IMG/VR virus record: IMGVR_UViG_3300032253_000139
Span: 1-24,955 of that record
DNA length: 24,955 nucleotides
Source: a virus
Lineage: Duplodnaviria; Caudoviricetes
Strand: one strand, 5' to 3'
Every line of letters starts with the position of its first letter. Within the stretch, counting starts at the first letter, position 1. Positions 7,035 to 14,797 of this stretch are shown here, in pieces. The position numbers were made by a program, and so were the translations under genes. The notes beneath the pieces were generated by a model. The model was not told the DNA's origin. It saw only the letters and a program-made list of their open reading frames with translations, and made no database searches.

Positions 7035-8050
7035 CCCGCACCTCCGTTGGCCAAAAGGTTGAACTTGCGATCGCCGTCGGTTGGATCGGCAATCTCGATG
7101 CAGCTCATGGCTTCGAAAATCCATACCGGATTGCCCAATGAATCTCGCTCGCAGGTGAGTAGTACCGTCACGCCTTCGGGAACCGGGGCGAGCCGGGGCT
7201 CGAGCGAACGCGCGGGCGGGCAGTTGGGCAATACGCCTGGCAGATCGCACACCGGGCCGACGCCGAGCAAGCCTTCGAAGCCGGTGCTTGGGATCGAATC
7301 GTTGCAGTGATGGGCTTCGAATCGGTTGATGGCCATGCGTGATGGGTCGTTGCCCGAACCTATGCCGCCGAAGGTCGGGATATATCTCAGGTATGTTTCG
7401 CTGCCGGGGTCGCCGTCGATCTGGGCCTGCGTCCATTGGTATCGCCAGCGGTTGGCTTCGGTGGGAATGGGTTGCGACGCGCCAAGGATCGCGGTGATGC
7501 GACCGAGCGACGGGCGGCCAAGTTCGATCACCGCCCAGCGCTCGCCTGTGCCCGGTTCTTTCCAGAGGATCGGTGCTCCACCGATCGGGCTCGATACCAA
7601 TGCCGTCTCGCCCGCGCGGAGTTCGCAGGTGGTGTCGCTTGGATTGAGCACATGCACGAGGGCCGGAGAGGTGCCGGTGATGACACACAGCCCGAGTTTG
7701 CCCGGTTCGATCTGTTGCTGGGTGACTACAAATGCTAACGGATTTGATGCGTTATTTGCGATGTTGCCGGTGATCGGTGTGCGGGATTGGAAGGTGCGTT
7801 CGTGGTCGTTGGCGTCGGGTTCGATGAGCACGCCGGTGATGGCCAGTGCGTGGTGCGCGGGGAGAGAGATACCAGCATCGTTGCGAACGAGCACCACGCC
7901 GCGTTGGTGTTGTTCATGATGCGCATAGGCGACGGTGTTGCGTTGGTTGGCTTGATGCGCGATGGCCGAGTCCACGAACGCGTTGTACGCGTCCGCTGGA
8001 ATCTTGAGCGGATCGCCCGTGCGAACTTTATGGAGCGGGTCGCCGGTCAT
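7031..8050 (-). CDS. Phage protein, putative tail-tip component (about 339 aa)
   Basis: ATG 8050 overlaps the upstream stop (ATGA); begins MTGDPLHKVRTGDPLKIPADAYNAFVD. It is the second gene after the TMP; function is inferred from position only. Confidence 0.6.
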   Translation of the reverse strand: MTGDPLHKVRTGDPLKIPADAYNAFVDSAIAHQANQRNTVAYAHHEQHQRGVVLVRNDAGISLPAHHALAITGVLIEPDANDHERTFQSRTPITGNIANNASNPLAFVVTQQQIEPGKLGLCVITGTSPALVHVLNPSDTTCELRAGETALVSSPIGGAPILWKEPGTGERWAVIELGRPSLGRITAILGASQPIPTEANRWRYQWTQAQIDGDPGSETYLRYIPTFGGIGSGNDPSRMAINRFEAHHCNDSIPSTGFEGLLGVGPVCDLPGVLPNCPPARSLEPRLAPVPEGVTVLLTCERDSLGNPVWIFEAMSCIEIADPTDGDRKFNLLANGGAG

Positions 8051-8856
8051 ATGCCCATCGCTCCCAGGTTGGCCGTGTCGTACACCCGCTCGACATACGC
8101 GGCGACGGGTCGCTTGACGATCGTGCTCGCGGCCGTGTCCTCGGCGTCGGCGTAGCGGACCCAGAGGTATTCCCAGCCCTGTTTGTTGATACCGACGATC
8201 GGACCGACGGATAGACCCGTCACATTGGGACTCACCGCGAAGCGGAAGCTGATCTCCCAATCGTCTTGCGGATCAATGCCTCGGCGTGAACCCGACGCCC
8301 CAAGGAACAACACCTCGCCAGCCGCAAAGCCCTTGAACCCGGCGCTGTTGACCTTGCCGGTGAGTTCGAAGAGCAGCACCTTGTACGCTTCGCTGACGGT
8401 TGATGCGGGGAGGTAATGCGTCTCGGAGAACTGGTAGACGGGCACGGTGATGTCCACGCCGTTGACGCTGTCGGCGGTGACACCGATCCCGCCTTGGAAG
8501 TTTGGCGCGGTCGTGCCCGGGGCGGCGTAGGTGCCGATGGTGGCTTTACTTTGTGTGATGTGCTGGGAGCCGCCGCCGGTGTCGAAGTTGAACACGCTCT
8601 CGCCGGTTTGGGGCGGCGAAGATTGTTGATTGGGCGAGAACCGAACCGTCGCGTCCCAGTGTTCCGGGCCGACGGGTTCGACGGCGACTGCTTGACGAGG
8701 CAGGTTGTCGTAGGTTGTCGGGCTGGCGGCTTCGACGGCGCTGCGGGCCGCGAGATCGTCGTCCGTGCCACGCACCGTGTAGCCAAGCTCGGCCGACGGG
8801 TTGTCGCCCGTGGTTGATCGTCGGCTTTCAAACTTTTCGGTGACGGTGATGGGCAC
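8047..8856 (-). CDS. Phage protein after the tape measure gene, putative distal tail/hub protein
   Basis: GTG start with GGAGA RBS just after the TMP stop; beta-strand-like 269 aa sequence. Function is inferred from position. Confidence 0.65.
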   Translation of the reverse strand: MPITVTEKFESRRSTTGDNPSAELGYTVRGTDDDLAARSAVEAASPTTYDNLPRQAVAVEPVGPEHWDATVRFSPNQQSSPPQTGESVFNFDTGGGSQHITQSKATIGTYAAPGTTAPNFQGGIGVTADSVNGVDITVPVYQFSETHYLPASTVSEAYKVLLFELTGKVNSAGFKGFAAGEVLFLGASGSRRGIDPQDDWEISFRFAVSPNVTGLSVGPIVGINKQGWEYLWVRYADAEDTAASTIVKRPVAAYVERVYDTANLGAMGI

Positions 8857-8868
8857 GCAATCAGTCTC

Positions 8869-11211
8869 CTATGCGAAGGTCAACCCACCGGTGTTGGCGG
8901 CGTCGGCGATCTGCTTGGTGTTTTTGGCGGTTTGTTCGCTGGCTTTGGCCGTGCGTTCGGCGATTGGGTCGCTGCCGGTCAAGCTCTGCACGGCGAGTGC
9001 GTTGAAGGTGCCTCGGGTGATCACGCCGGATTGACCAAGCGATGAACCCAAGCCCGCGAGCTGGCTTTGGACTTTGGCGATGAGTTCGTCAATGGAACCC
9101 GATGTTGATTCGCCGGTGTCGGTTTCGCTTCGCTTCTTGGCGGCCTCGGCGATGGCTTCATCGAGTTGCTTGCGGGCTTCTTCGAGGGCTTGTTGTGTCG
9201 CTTCGATCTTGGCGTTGGTGCGGTCGTCGAGTTGCTTCTGTGATTCATCGAAGTGCCGCCCGATCTCAGCGAGCGTTGCATCGTTGAGCTGCGAAGATTG
9301 ATCCCGCTTGCGTTGACGCTTCTGCTCACGCTCGGCGAGTGCCTGCTCGGTTTGCGATTCGATCTCCTTGAGTCGATCCTCGAGCTGGTCATCGATGCCC
9401 TGCTTGGCGGCGTTGACATCGAGCGATGAATCGAACAGCCCTTGGATCTCGAGCATCCGCTTGGCGACGAATGAGGTCGCGGTCTGCCAGATCTTCTTGA
9501 AGCCGCCGATGAAGTTTGTCCATGTTTTGGAGAGGAATGCAGTTGTTTCGATCCATGCGACTTCGATCGCGTGGAAGCCAATCTGGGCGGCCGCCAATGC
9601 CCCGAACCACATCTTCTGGGCGGTGCTGATGAAGAACCGCTTGGCTTCGAGCCACGCCCGGTTGATCGCGGCGACGCCTTGCTCCCACGCGAGTTTGACC
9701 GAGAGCCAGAGGATCTGGGCGGCGAGTGCGACATCCCCGGCGGCCAAGGCATCGGCCATGCCACCGACGACCTTGGTCACGGTGGCTTTGAGCTTGCCGA
9801 ACTGATCACCGAGCCAGTCGAGTGCCTGCCCGCCGAGGCCGCTGGTGGTGAGGATGGCGGTGCCGATGCCGACCACCGCGACGGCCACCAGTCCGATTGG
9901 CGAGAGCAACGCGGCGAGCACGGTGCCCATGATGCCGATCGCGGTTCCGACGCCGGTGATGATCGCGGCGAGCGAACCGAACACGGCTCCAATGGCGACG
10001 ATTGCAACTCCCGCGATTACCAAGGCGATGCCAATACCGATCATGACGGCGGTCAGCTTCAAGATGGTCACGACGAGCTTTTTGTTCTGGGTGATGATGG
10101 TTGTGATCCAGCCGGCGATCTTCGTGATCGCATCAGCGGCCCGGCGTACTGGTTTCTGGATCGCTTCACCAATAGCGATCGCGATGCCCTCGACGGCGGA
10201 GAGTAGCTTGCGGAACGAACCACCGATCCCCGCATCCATTTCCTCTGCGGTTTTCACCGCGAGACCGGCGGAGTTGGTGATCTGGCTTTGGAGCTCATCG
10301 AACGCCTCGGCGGATGATGCGAGTTTGAGGGCTGCCGCTTGGCCGCGTCCGAACAGGGTCTCGAAGATCGCCAGCCGCTCGGCGGAACCCAGGCCCTTGG
10401 TTGCTTTGGCGAGGTCGTTGAGGATGTCTGCGAGCGGGCGAAGGTTGCCCTGGGCGTCGACCGCTTCGACGCCGATCGCTCGCAGGTCGGCCTGCTTGGA
10501 TTCGTTGGTCAGGTTCTTGTAGGCCCGAGCGAGTGCGTTGCCCGCGAGCGATCCCTTGATGCCGTTGTTGGCCAGTACGGCGATCGCGGCAGCGGTTTCC
10601 TCGATGCTCGCGCCAGCCTCGGCGGCAATCGGCGCGACGGGCTTCATGGCCTCGAACAAGTCTTCAAGCGTCTGGGCGCTGCCGTTGGCGGTTGCAGTCA
10701 GCACATCCGTCACGCGGGCCATCTGATCGACGGGCAATGCGAACCCTCGCAAGGCCGCCCCTGCAATCTCGGTCGCCCGGGGAAGCTCGGTACTCGTCGC
10801 GCGGGCGAGTGCCAGAACCGCCTCTGTGCTCGACAGGATCGCCTCGGGCTTGAACCCGGCTCGACCGAGTTCGGTCATCGCCTCGGCGACTTGGCCCGCG
10901 GTAAACGAAGTCGTCCGCCCGAGGCGTTTGGCTTCTTCACGCAGCGATTGGAACAGTGCTTCGGTCGCCCCGGTGACCGCTCGCACCTGACGCATCCGGT
11001 CATCAAACCCCGCGAAAACCCGTGTAGATATGGCAAAGCCCGCGGCCAATCCGGTACCGATGCCGGTCAATCGTGCACCGATGCGTTGTACTGACGAGCC
11101 GAACGCCTTGAGTCGTTTCTGTGCCCGATTGAGACCACGCACGAGCTTGTTGTCGTTGGCGTAGAGCTCGATGTAGGCTGCGCCTGCCCGGATGCCGCGT
11201 GCGGATGCCAT
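8869..11211 (-). CDS. Phage tail tape measure protein (TP901 family core)
   Basis: FDDRMRQVRAVTGAT...AKRLGRTTSFTAGQVAEAMTELGRAGF; long Ala-rich helical protein with a central hydrophobic block; 780 aa. Confidence 0.95.
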   Translation of the reverse strand: MASARGIRAGAAYIELYANDNKLVRGLNRAQKRLKAFGSSVQRIGARLTGIGTGLAAGFAISTRVFAGFDDRMRQVRAVTGATEALFQSLREEAKRLGRTTSFTAGQVAEAMTELGRAGFKPEAILSSTEAVLALARATSTELPRATEIAGAALRGFALPVDQMARVTDVLTATANGSAQTLEDLFEAMKPVAPIAAEAGASIEETAAAIAVLANNGIKGSLAGNALARAYKNLTNESKQADLRAIGVEAVDAQGNLRPLADILNDLAKATKGLGSAERLAIFETLFGRGQAAALKLASSAEAFDELQSQITNSAGLAVKTAEEMDAGIGGSFRKLLSAVEGIAIAIGEAIQKPVRRAADAITKIAGWITTIITQNKKLVVTILKLTAVMIGIGIALVIAGVAIVAIGAVFGSLAAIITGVGTAIGIMGTVLAALLSPIGLVAVAVVGIGTAILTTSGLGGQALDWLGDQFGKLKATVTKVVGGMADALAAGDVALAAQILWLSVKLAWEQGVAAINRAWLEAKRFFISTAQKMWFGALAAAQIGFHAIEVAWIETTAFLSKTWTNFIGGFKKIWQTATSFVAKRMLEIQGLFDSSLDVNAAKQGIDDQLEDRLKEIESQTEQALAEREQKRQRKRDQSSQLNDATLAEIGRHFDESQKQLDDRTNAKIEATQQALEEARKQLDEAIAEAAKKRSETDTGESTSGSIDELIAKVQSQLAGLGSSLGQSGVITRGTFNALAVQSLTGSDPIAERTAKASEQTAKNTKQIADAANTGGLTFA

Positions 11212-11223
11212 AGCGATCTCCGA

Positions 11224-11688
11224 TCAGGTATTGATGGTGTTATTTGAAGGCGGAATGACCCGCCCTTCTTGCATCCCCTTGTTGAACGAGGACTCTTTCT
11301 CCTTGCGAAGCCGACCGGTGCCGAGGAAGAGGCCGACGAGCCCGGTCATTGCGGGGAGGGCCGGGCCGAGCATGGGGATGCCTGCGACGGTTGGGCCGAG
11401 TTGATCGAGTGCGGACAAGGTCAACTGGCTGAAGATGCCTCGGATCTCTCCCGCTCGTTCAATGTTCGACTTCCACTGCGAGCCGGTGCGTTGGGTTTCC
11501 TCGAACCACGCGCGGTACTCGGCCTCGGCTTCGTTGAGCGAAGTGGTCGCTGCCAATCCGGTTGACTGCTGGACGCGATTCGGTGTCTTGACGCGGACAA
11601 TGTCGCCGAGGTCGAACCCGGCGCATGCGCCCAGCGAGAGGGTAATCATGATGAGTGCGAAGATGTAGGCGTAGTGTCGGTGTTGCAT
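11224..11688 (-). CDS. Putative lipoprotein with C-terminal hydrophobic segment (about 154 aa)
   Basis: AAGGAGG RBS before ATG 11688. Signal peptide MQHRHYAYIFALIMITLSLGA|C (lipobox LGAC). Hydrophobic VAGIPMLGPALPAMTGLVGLFLGTG is followed by RLRKEK. Confidence 0.7.
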   Translation of the reverse strand: MQHRHYAYIFALIMITLSLGACAGFDLGDIVRVKTPNRVQQSTGLAATTSLNEAEAEYRAWFEETQRTGSQWKSNIERAGEIRGIFSQLTLSALDQLGPTVAGIPMLGPALPAMTGLVGLFLGTGRLRKEKESSFNKGMQEGRVIPPSNNTINT

Positions 11689-11921
11689 GGGTGCGCCTCC
11701 TTGCGCGTGGGTTGGTGTGACTGGTGGTTTTTGCCGTCGATGAAGATCTCTTTGAGGGTGCTCACGGGGATCTTCTGCTTGGGTGTGCGTGCTTGGGTGA
11801 ACGGGTCGAAGTCCGTCGGCCTGAACGCCCCGTGTTTCTTTGCATCGCGGTTGGCGTTGGCGATCAGGGCCATGAGCGAGCTGGTGCGTGCCCACTCGTC
11901 GCGTTGCTTCCCCTCGGCCAT
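11646..11921 (-). CDS. Tail assembly chaperone, gpT-like portion (possibly reached by -1 frameshift)
   Basis: The frame is open well upstream of the ATG (WQFIWQLAGIIGVDPAALTLRQLAAMAEG...) and overlaps the G-like gene in the -1 frame. It lies between tail tube and TMP. Confidence 0.65.
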   Translation of the reverse strand: MAEGKQRDEWARTSSLMALIANANRDAKKHGAFRPTDFDPFTQARTPKQKIPVSTLKEIFIDGKNHQSHQPTRKEAHPCNTDTTPTSSHSS

Positions 11922-11941
11922 CGCGGCGAGCTGGCGCAGGG

Positions 11942-12430
11942 TCAGGGCGGCGGGATCGACGCCGATGATCCCGGCGAGTTGCCAGATGAACTGCCAGCAT
12001 GACCTTGCAGTACTTCCTCCGCGATCCGATCCAGTTCGCCGCTCTCGATCCGTTGCTCGACCAGATCTCTCGCCTTGTCCATCACTCGATGGGTCGTTTC
12101 GAGGACTCGTTTCAGGTTCGCCCGGTCCCTCGGGCTCGGGGAAAAAGACACGAGTTCTTCGAGCAAGACCGTCGTGGCGTGCTCGATCGCGTCGCCCGCC
12201 ATCGCTTTGCCGAAGTCTTCATCGCTGATGCCTTGGGCGTCGGCTTCGGGTTTGCATACGGCGTAGACAATGTCGCACAGCAGCACCGGGTCGGTGATAA
12301 GCCGGTCGATCAGCTTGCCGCCGACGACTTCGAGCAGGTCCACATCAAGCAAGCCCCGCACGCGTTTGATCGCGTTGACGGTGATGCTCACAGTCCAGGT
12401 GTGTCCGGCGTTGTCTTGAAATGTTTTCAT
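11942..12430 (-). CDS. Tail assembly chaperone, gpG-like
   Basis: Immediately follows the tail tube gene; GGAGA RBS; 162 aa. Confidence 0.7.
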   Translation of the reverse strand: MKTFQDNAGHTWTVSITVNAIKRVRGLLDVDLLEVVGGKLIDRLITDPVLLCDIVYAVCKPEADAQGISDEDFGKAMAGDAIEHATTVLLEELVSFSPSPRDRANLKRVLETTHRVMDKARDLVEQRIESGELDRIAEEVLQGHAGSSSGNSPGSSASIPPP

Positions 12431-12445
12431 CGTTCATATCTCCAA

Positions 12446-12868
12446 TCAGATCCAAACCGGCGCGGTGCCGTCGTAGGTGACCTTGGCGGTGACGGATACG
12501 GTCAACGCTTCCTCAAGCTGTTCGCTTCGGCTGAAGTTGGTGATCGAGAAGTCCGCCTCGAGCCCTTCGCCTGCCGGTCCGTCGAGGACTTGCAATCCGA
12601 TGACGGCGTTGTTGAAGAATGCGTCCTTGATCGCGGTGAACCCGGTGTCGGCGGTGTCCCACACCATCTCGAACTCGACGCTCGCTTCCTTGAGCGTGCC
12701 GACGGTCGCCCGCCAACCCGCGTTGGCGCGGGTCGTTATGTCGGCCTCGCCCGTTTCGAGCGAGAGCGTCACATCCTTAACATTGGCGAGTTCGGTCCAT
12801 GCACCCGCACCGCCGACGCCTCCAGTTTTGTAGTTGAGTACGGCGTCCATGCCGAGTTTGATGGTCAT
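12446..12868 (-). CDS. Major tail (tube) protein
   Basis: ELANVKDVTLSLETGEADITTRANAGWRATVGTLKEASVEFEM matches the siphovirus tail-tube pattern; AGGAGA RBS. Confidence 0.85.
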   Translation of the reverse strand: MTIKLGMDAVLNYKTGGVGGAGAWTELANVKDVTLSLETGEADITTRANAGWRATVGTLKEASVEFEMVWDTADTGFTAIKDAFFNNAVIGLQVLDGPAGEGLEADFSITNFSRSEQLEEALTVSVTAKVTYDGTAPVWI

Positions 12869-12891
12869 GATGATCTCCTATCTGATCGATC

Positions 12892-13293
12892 TCATTTCAC
12901 CGATCCGGCCCAGTGCTTGGGCAGGCGGCTTTGGGTCTTGGTGAGCGCCGGTCCCATGAACGGGCGCTTTGGGTATCGCTGGCGTTTGTACTTGCCGCCA
13001 AACTCATGGGCTCGTGCTGATTGGCCGACGAAGCGATGGTCGGGGCCGATGATCACGCGTTGACGGTTGCGTTCGACGGCGAAGCGGATCGACGATCGGA
13101 GCTTGCCCCGCCGGGTCTTTGGTGGTTTGCCCGGCTCGGCGGGGTTGGCGCTCTTGCGGATGCTTCGCTTGGCGGTGAGCCGGATGGCCGCGCCTGCGTG
13201 GCCGAGATTCTCGATGTTCGCCCGGCGTGCCTTGCGGAGCACCTTGGGGATGTCCGAACGGGTCTTGACTTTGAAACCAATCGCTGTGTTCAT
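12892..13293 (-). CDS. Phage neck/tail-completion protein (HK97 gp10 / morphogenesis-like)
   Basis: Basic 133 aa protein with TRRGKLRSSI, AHEFGG and YPKRPFMGPAL motifs. Confidence 0.75.
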   Translation of the reverse strand: MNTAIGFKVKTRSDIPKVLRKARRANIENLGHAGAAIRLTAKRSIRKSANPAEPGKPPKTRRGKLRSSIRFAVERNRQRVIIGPDHRFVGQSARAHEFGGKYKRQRYPKRPFMGPALTKTQSRLPKHWAGSVK

Positions 13294-13718
13294 CGCAGCA
13301 CCCGGAATGTGAGGGTGATGATGCTGGTGAAGACTCGTTTCTCGGCGAGGTGCTCGGGTGCGAAGATTGGGTTCGTTTCGACCTTGAGCACGGGGACGCT
13401 GCCGAAGCCGTCGATGGGCAATCGGCTGAGCCGAAAGTGGTCGGCGATCTCCTCGGCGAGTGTCATGAGCCCATCGGCTTCGTTGTCATCCGCCACCTTC
13501 TGCTGGATGCCAATGTCGATCGCGTAGTCGTGCTGATTCTGATTCCGGCTCGATGCCAGGACTTCGATCCCCTTGGGCACGACTGACACATGAAGATCGG
13601 CCATATCTGGGAGATCAAACACAGGCTGGTAGTGTCGCTTCGCCGTGAGTTCCTGGCTCAGGCTTGCTGCATTGAGCGATTCGACAACCGCATCAGCGAT
13701 CAAGAGAAGCACACTCAT
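13290..13718 (-). CDS. Putative tail terminator
   Basis: 142 aa in the neck block, ending FTSIITLTFRVLR; size and position fit; ATGA overlaps. Confidence 0.6.
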   Translation of the reverse strand: MSVLLLIADAVVESLNAASLSQELTAKRHYQPVFDLPDMADLHVSVVPKGIEVLASSRNQNQHDYAIDIGIQQKVADDNEADGLMTLAEEIADHFRLSRLPIDGFGSVPVLKVETNPIFAPEHLAEKRVFTSIITLTFRVLR

Positions 13719-13984
13719 GGCGTGTCTCCTGACTGGCTGTGCGATCGTCCGTTGAATCGACCTTCGAGATACGACACCCGTCGCTCGATCGAAACCAGAT
13801 CGCCACGCAAACTCCGAATCTCCACAGTCAGGCCGTCAAGCTGCCGGACAACCTGATCGAGCTTGGTCGTCACCACGCCCCATTGAACGGTGAGTGCAAG
13901 GACGCCGACCAAGGCCGTCAAACCGATCCCGGCCCAGCGAACCCGCCCATTACTTGCTTGATGTTGAGTGCTGATCTGGCTCAT
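13715..13984 (-). CDS. Small membrane protein (one TM helix plus coiled coil)
   Basis: WAGIGLTALVGVLALTVQWGVV followed by heptad-like LDQVVRQLDGLTVEIRSLRGDLVSIERRVSYLEG; ATGA-coupled on both sides. Confidence 0.7.
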   Translation of the reverse strand: MSQISTQHQASNGRVRWAGIGLTALVGVLALTVQWGVVTTKLDQVVRQLDGLTVEIRSLRGDLVSIERRVSYLEGRFNGRSHSQSGDTP

Positions 13985-14367
13985 GTGATCGTTTCCGTGG
14001 CGATGTGTTTGGTGTGAATGCGGAGGGCTTTGCGATATGGATCGGAATAGCGGAAGACGGGTTCGTCGCCGGGCGAGAGGACTTCGTAGACGACGGTGGT
14101 GCTGCCATCGGTCTCGCGGATTTGATCGCCGCGTTTGGGGAGGGTTGGTTGGCCGTCGAGCACAAGGTCAGCCGTGCGAATCAGATAATCCCGGCTTTCC
14201 ACTTTGTGGACGATGCCGAAGTCATCCGCCTGCTCGAACTCGGTTCGGCCGATCGTCGCTTGCACTTCGATCGTCGATGAACCGCGCGTATACGACACCG
14301 ATCGCGTCATGTGCTGGTGGCGTTGGTCGTCGAGCCAGCGAGCGCATTGTTCGAGCATGTCCGCCAT
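13981..14367 (-). CDS. Head-closure / head-tail joining protein
   Basis: ATIGRTEFE...SRDYLIRTADLVLDGQPTLPKRGDQI resembles lambda FII-like stopper proteins; position in the neck block. Confidence 0.7.
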   Translation of the reverse strand: MADMLEQCARWLDDQRHQHMTRSVSYTRGSSTIEVQATIGRTEFEQADDFGIVHKVESRDYLIRTADLVLDGQPTLPKRGDQIRETDGSTTVVYEVLSPGDEPVFRYSDPYRKALRIHTKHIATETIT

Positions 14368-14379
14368 CGCGATTCCTTC

Positions 14380-14718
14380 CTATTGACTCATCCGAACGCG
14401 GACAACGGTGTCATCATCGCTCGCGGCGATCACCGATCGGCCGATGCGTTTGTTTGCGCCGGAGTTGCTGTCGGCCGTCGCTTGTTTGGCGGCGTCGTCC
14501 CAGTAGACATCAACGCCCTCGGCGATGGCGGTGCTCGCGCCGGTGGCTTTGGGGAAGTCGTACACGCCGGTGACGGCCAGCGCCCCGAGCGCGTTGGCCT
14601 TGATGTCGATCTTGGCCACGCCGACGAGTTCGCCTTGGACGACGACTTGGCCCGCCGCGACATCCGCCGCAGGGGTGTAGTCGATCGAGTTGCCTTCATG
14701 GATGTATGTTGCTGTCAT
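14380..14718 (-). CDS. DUF2190 family protein (capsid-associated/decoration)
   Basis: YIHEGNSIDYTPAADVAAGQVVVQGELVGVAKIDIKANALGALAVTGVYDFPK. AGGAGA RBS favours ATG 14718; an alternative ATG lies at 14784. Confidence 0.85.
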   Translation of the reverse strand: MTATYIHEGNSIDYTPAADVAAGQVVVQGELVGVAKIDIKANALGALAVTGVYDFPKATGASTAIAEGVDVYWDDAAKQATADSNSGANKRIGRSVIAASDDDTVVRVRMSQ

Positions 14719-14797
14719 TACTGTGTTCTCCTGATCGATGGGTTGCTTGCCACCGGGTTGTCCGTTGCCTGAAAACTGGGTCATGCTTCAGCCCGTC

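Noticed and set aside
7035-7688. N-terminal extension of the 398-aa methyltransferase ORF (likewise the extensions of 7031..8260, 11224..12000, 20650..21006 and 23107..23430)
   Set aside because: These overlap genuine neighbouring genes or lie upstream of better starts marked by ATGA coupling or strong RBSs.
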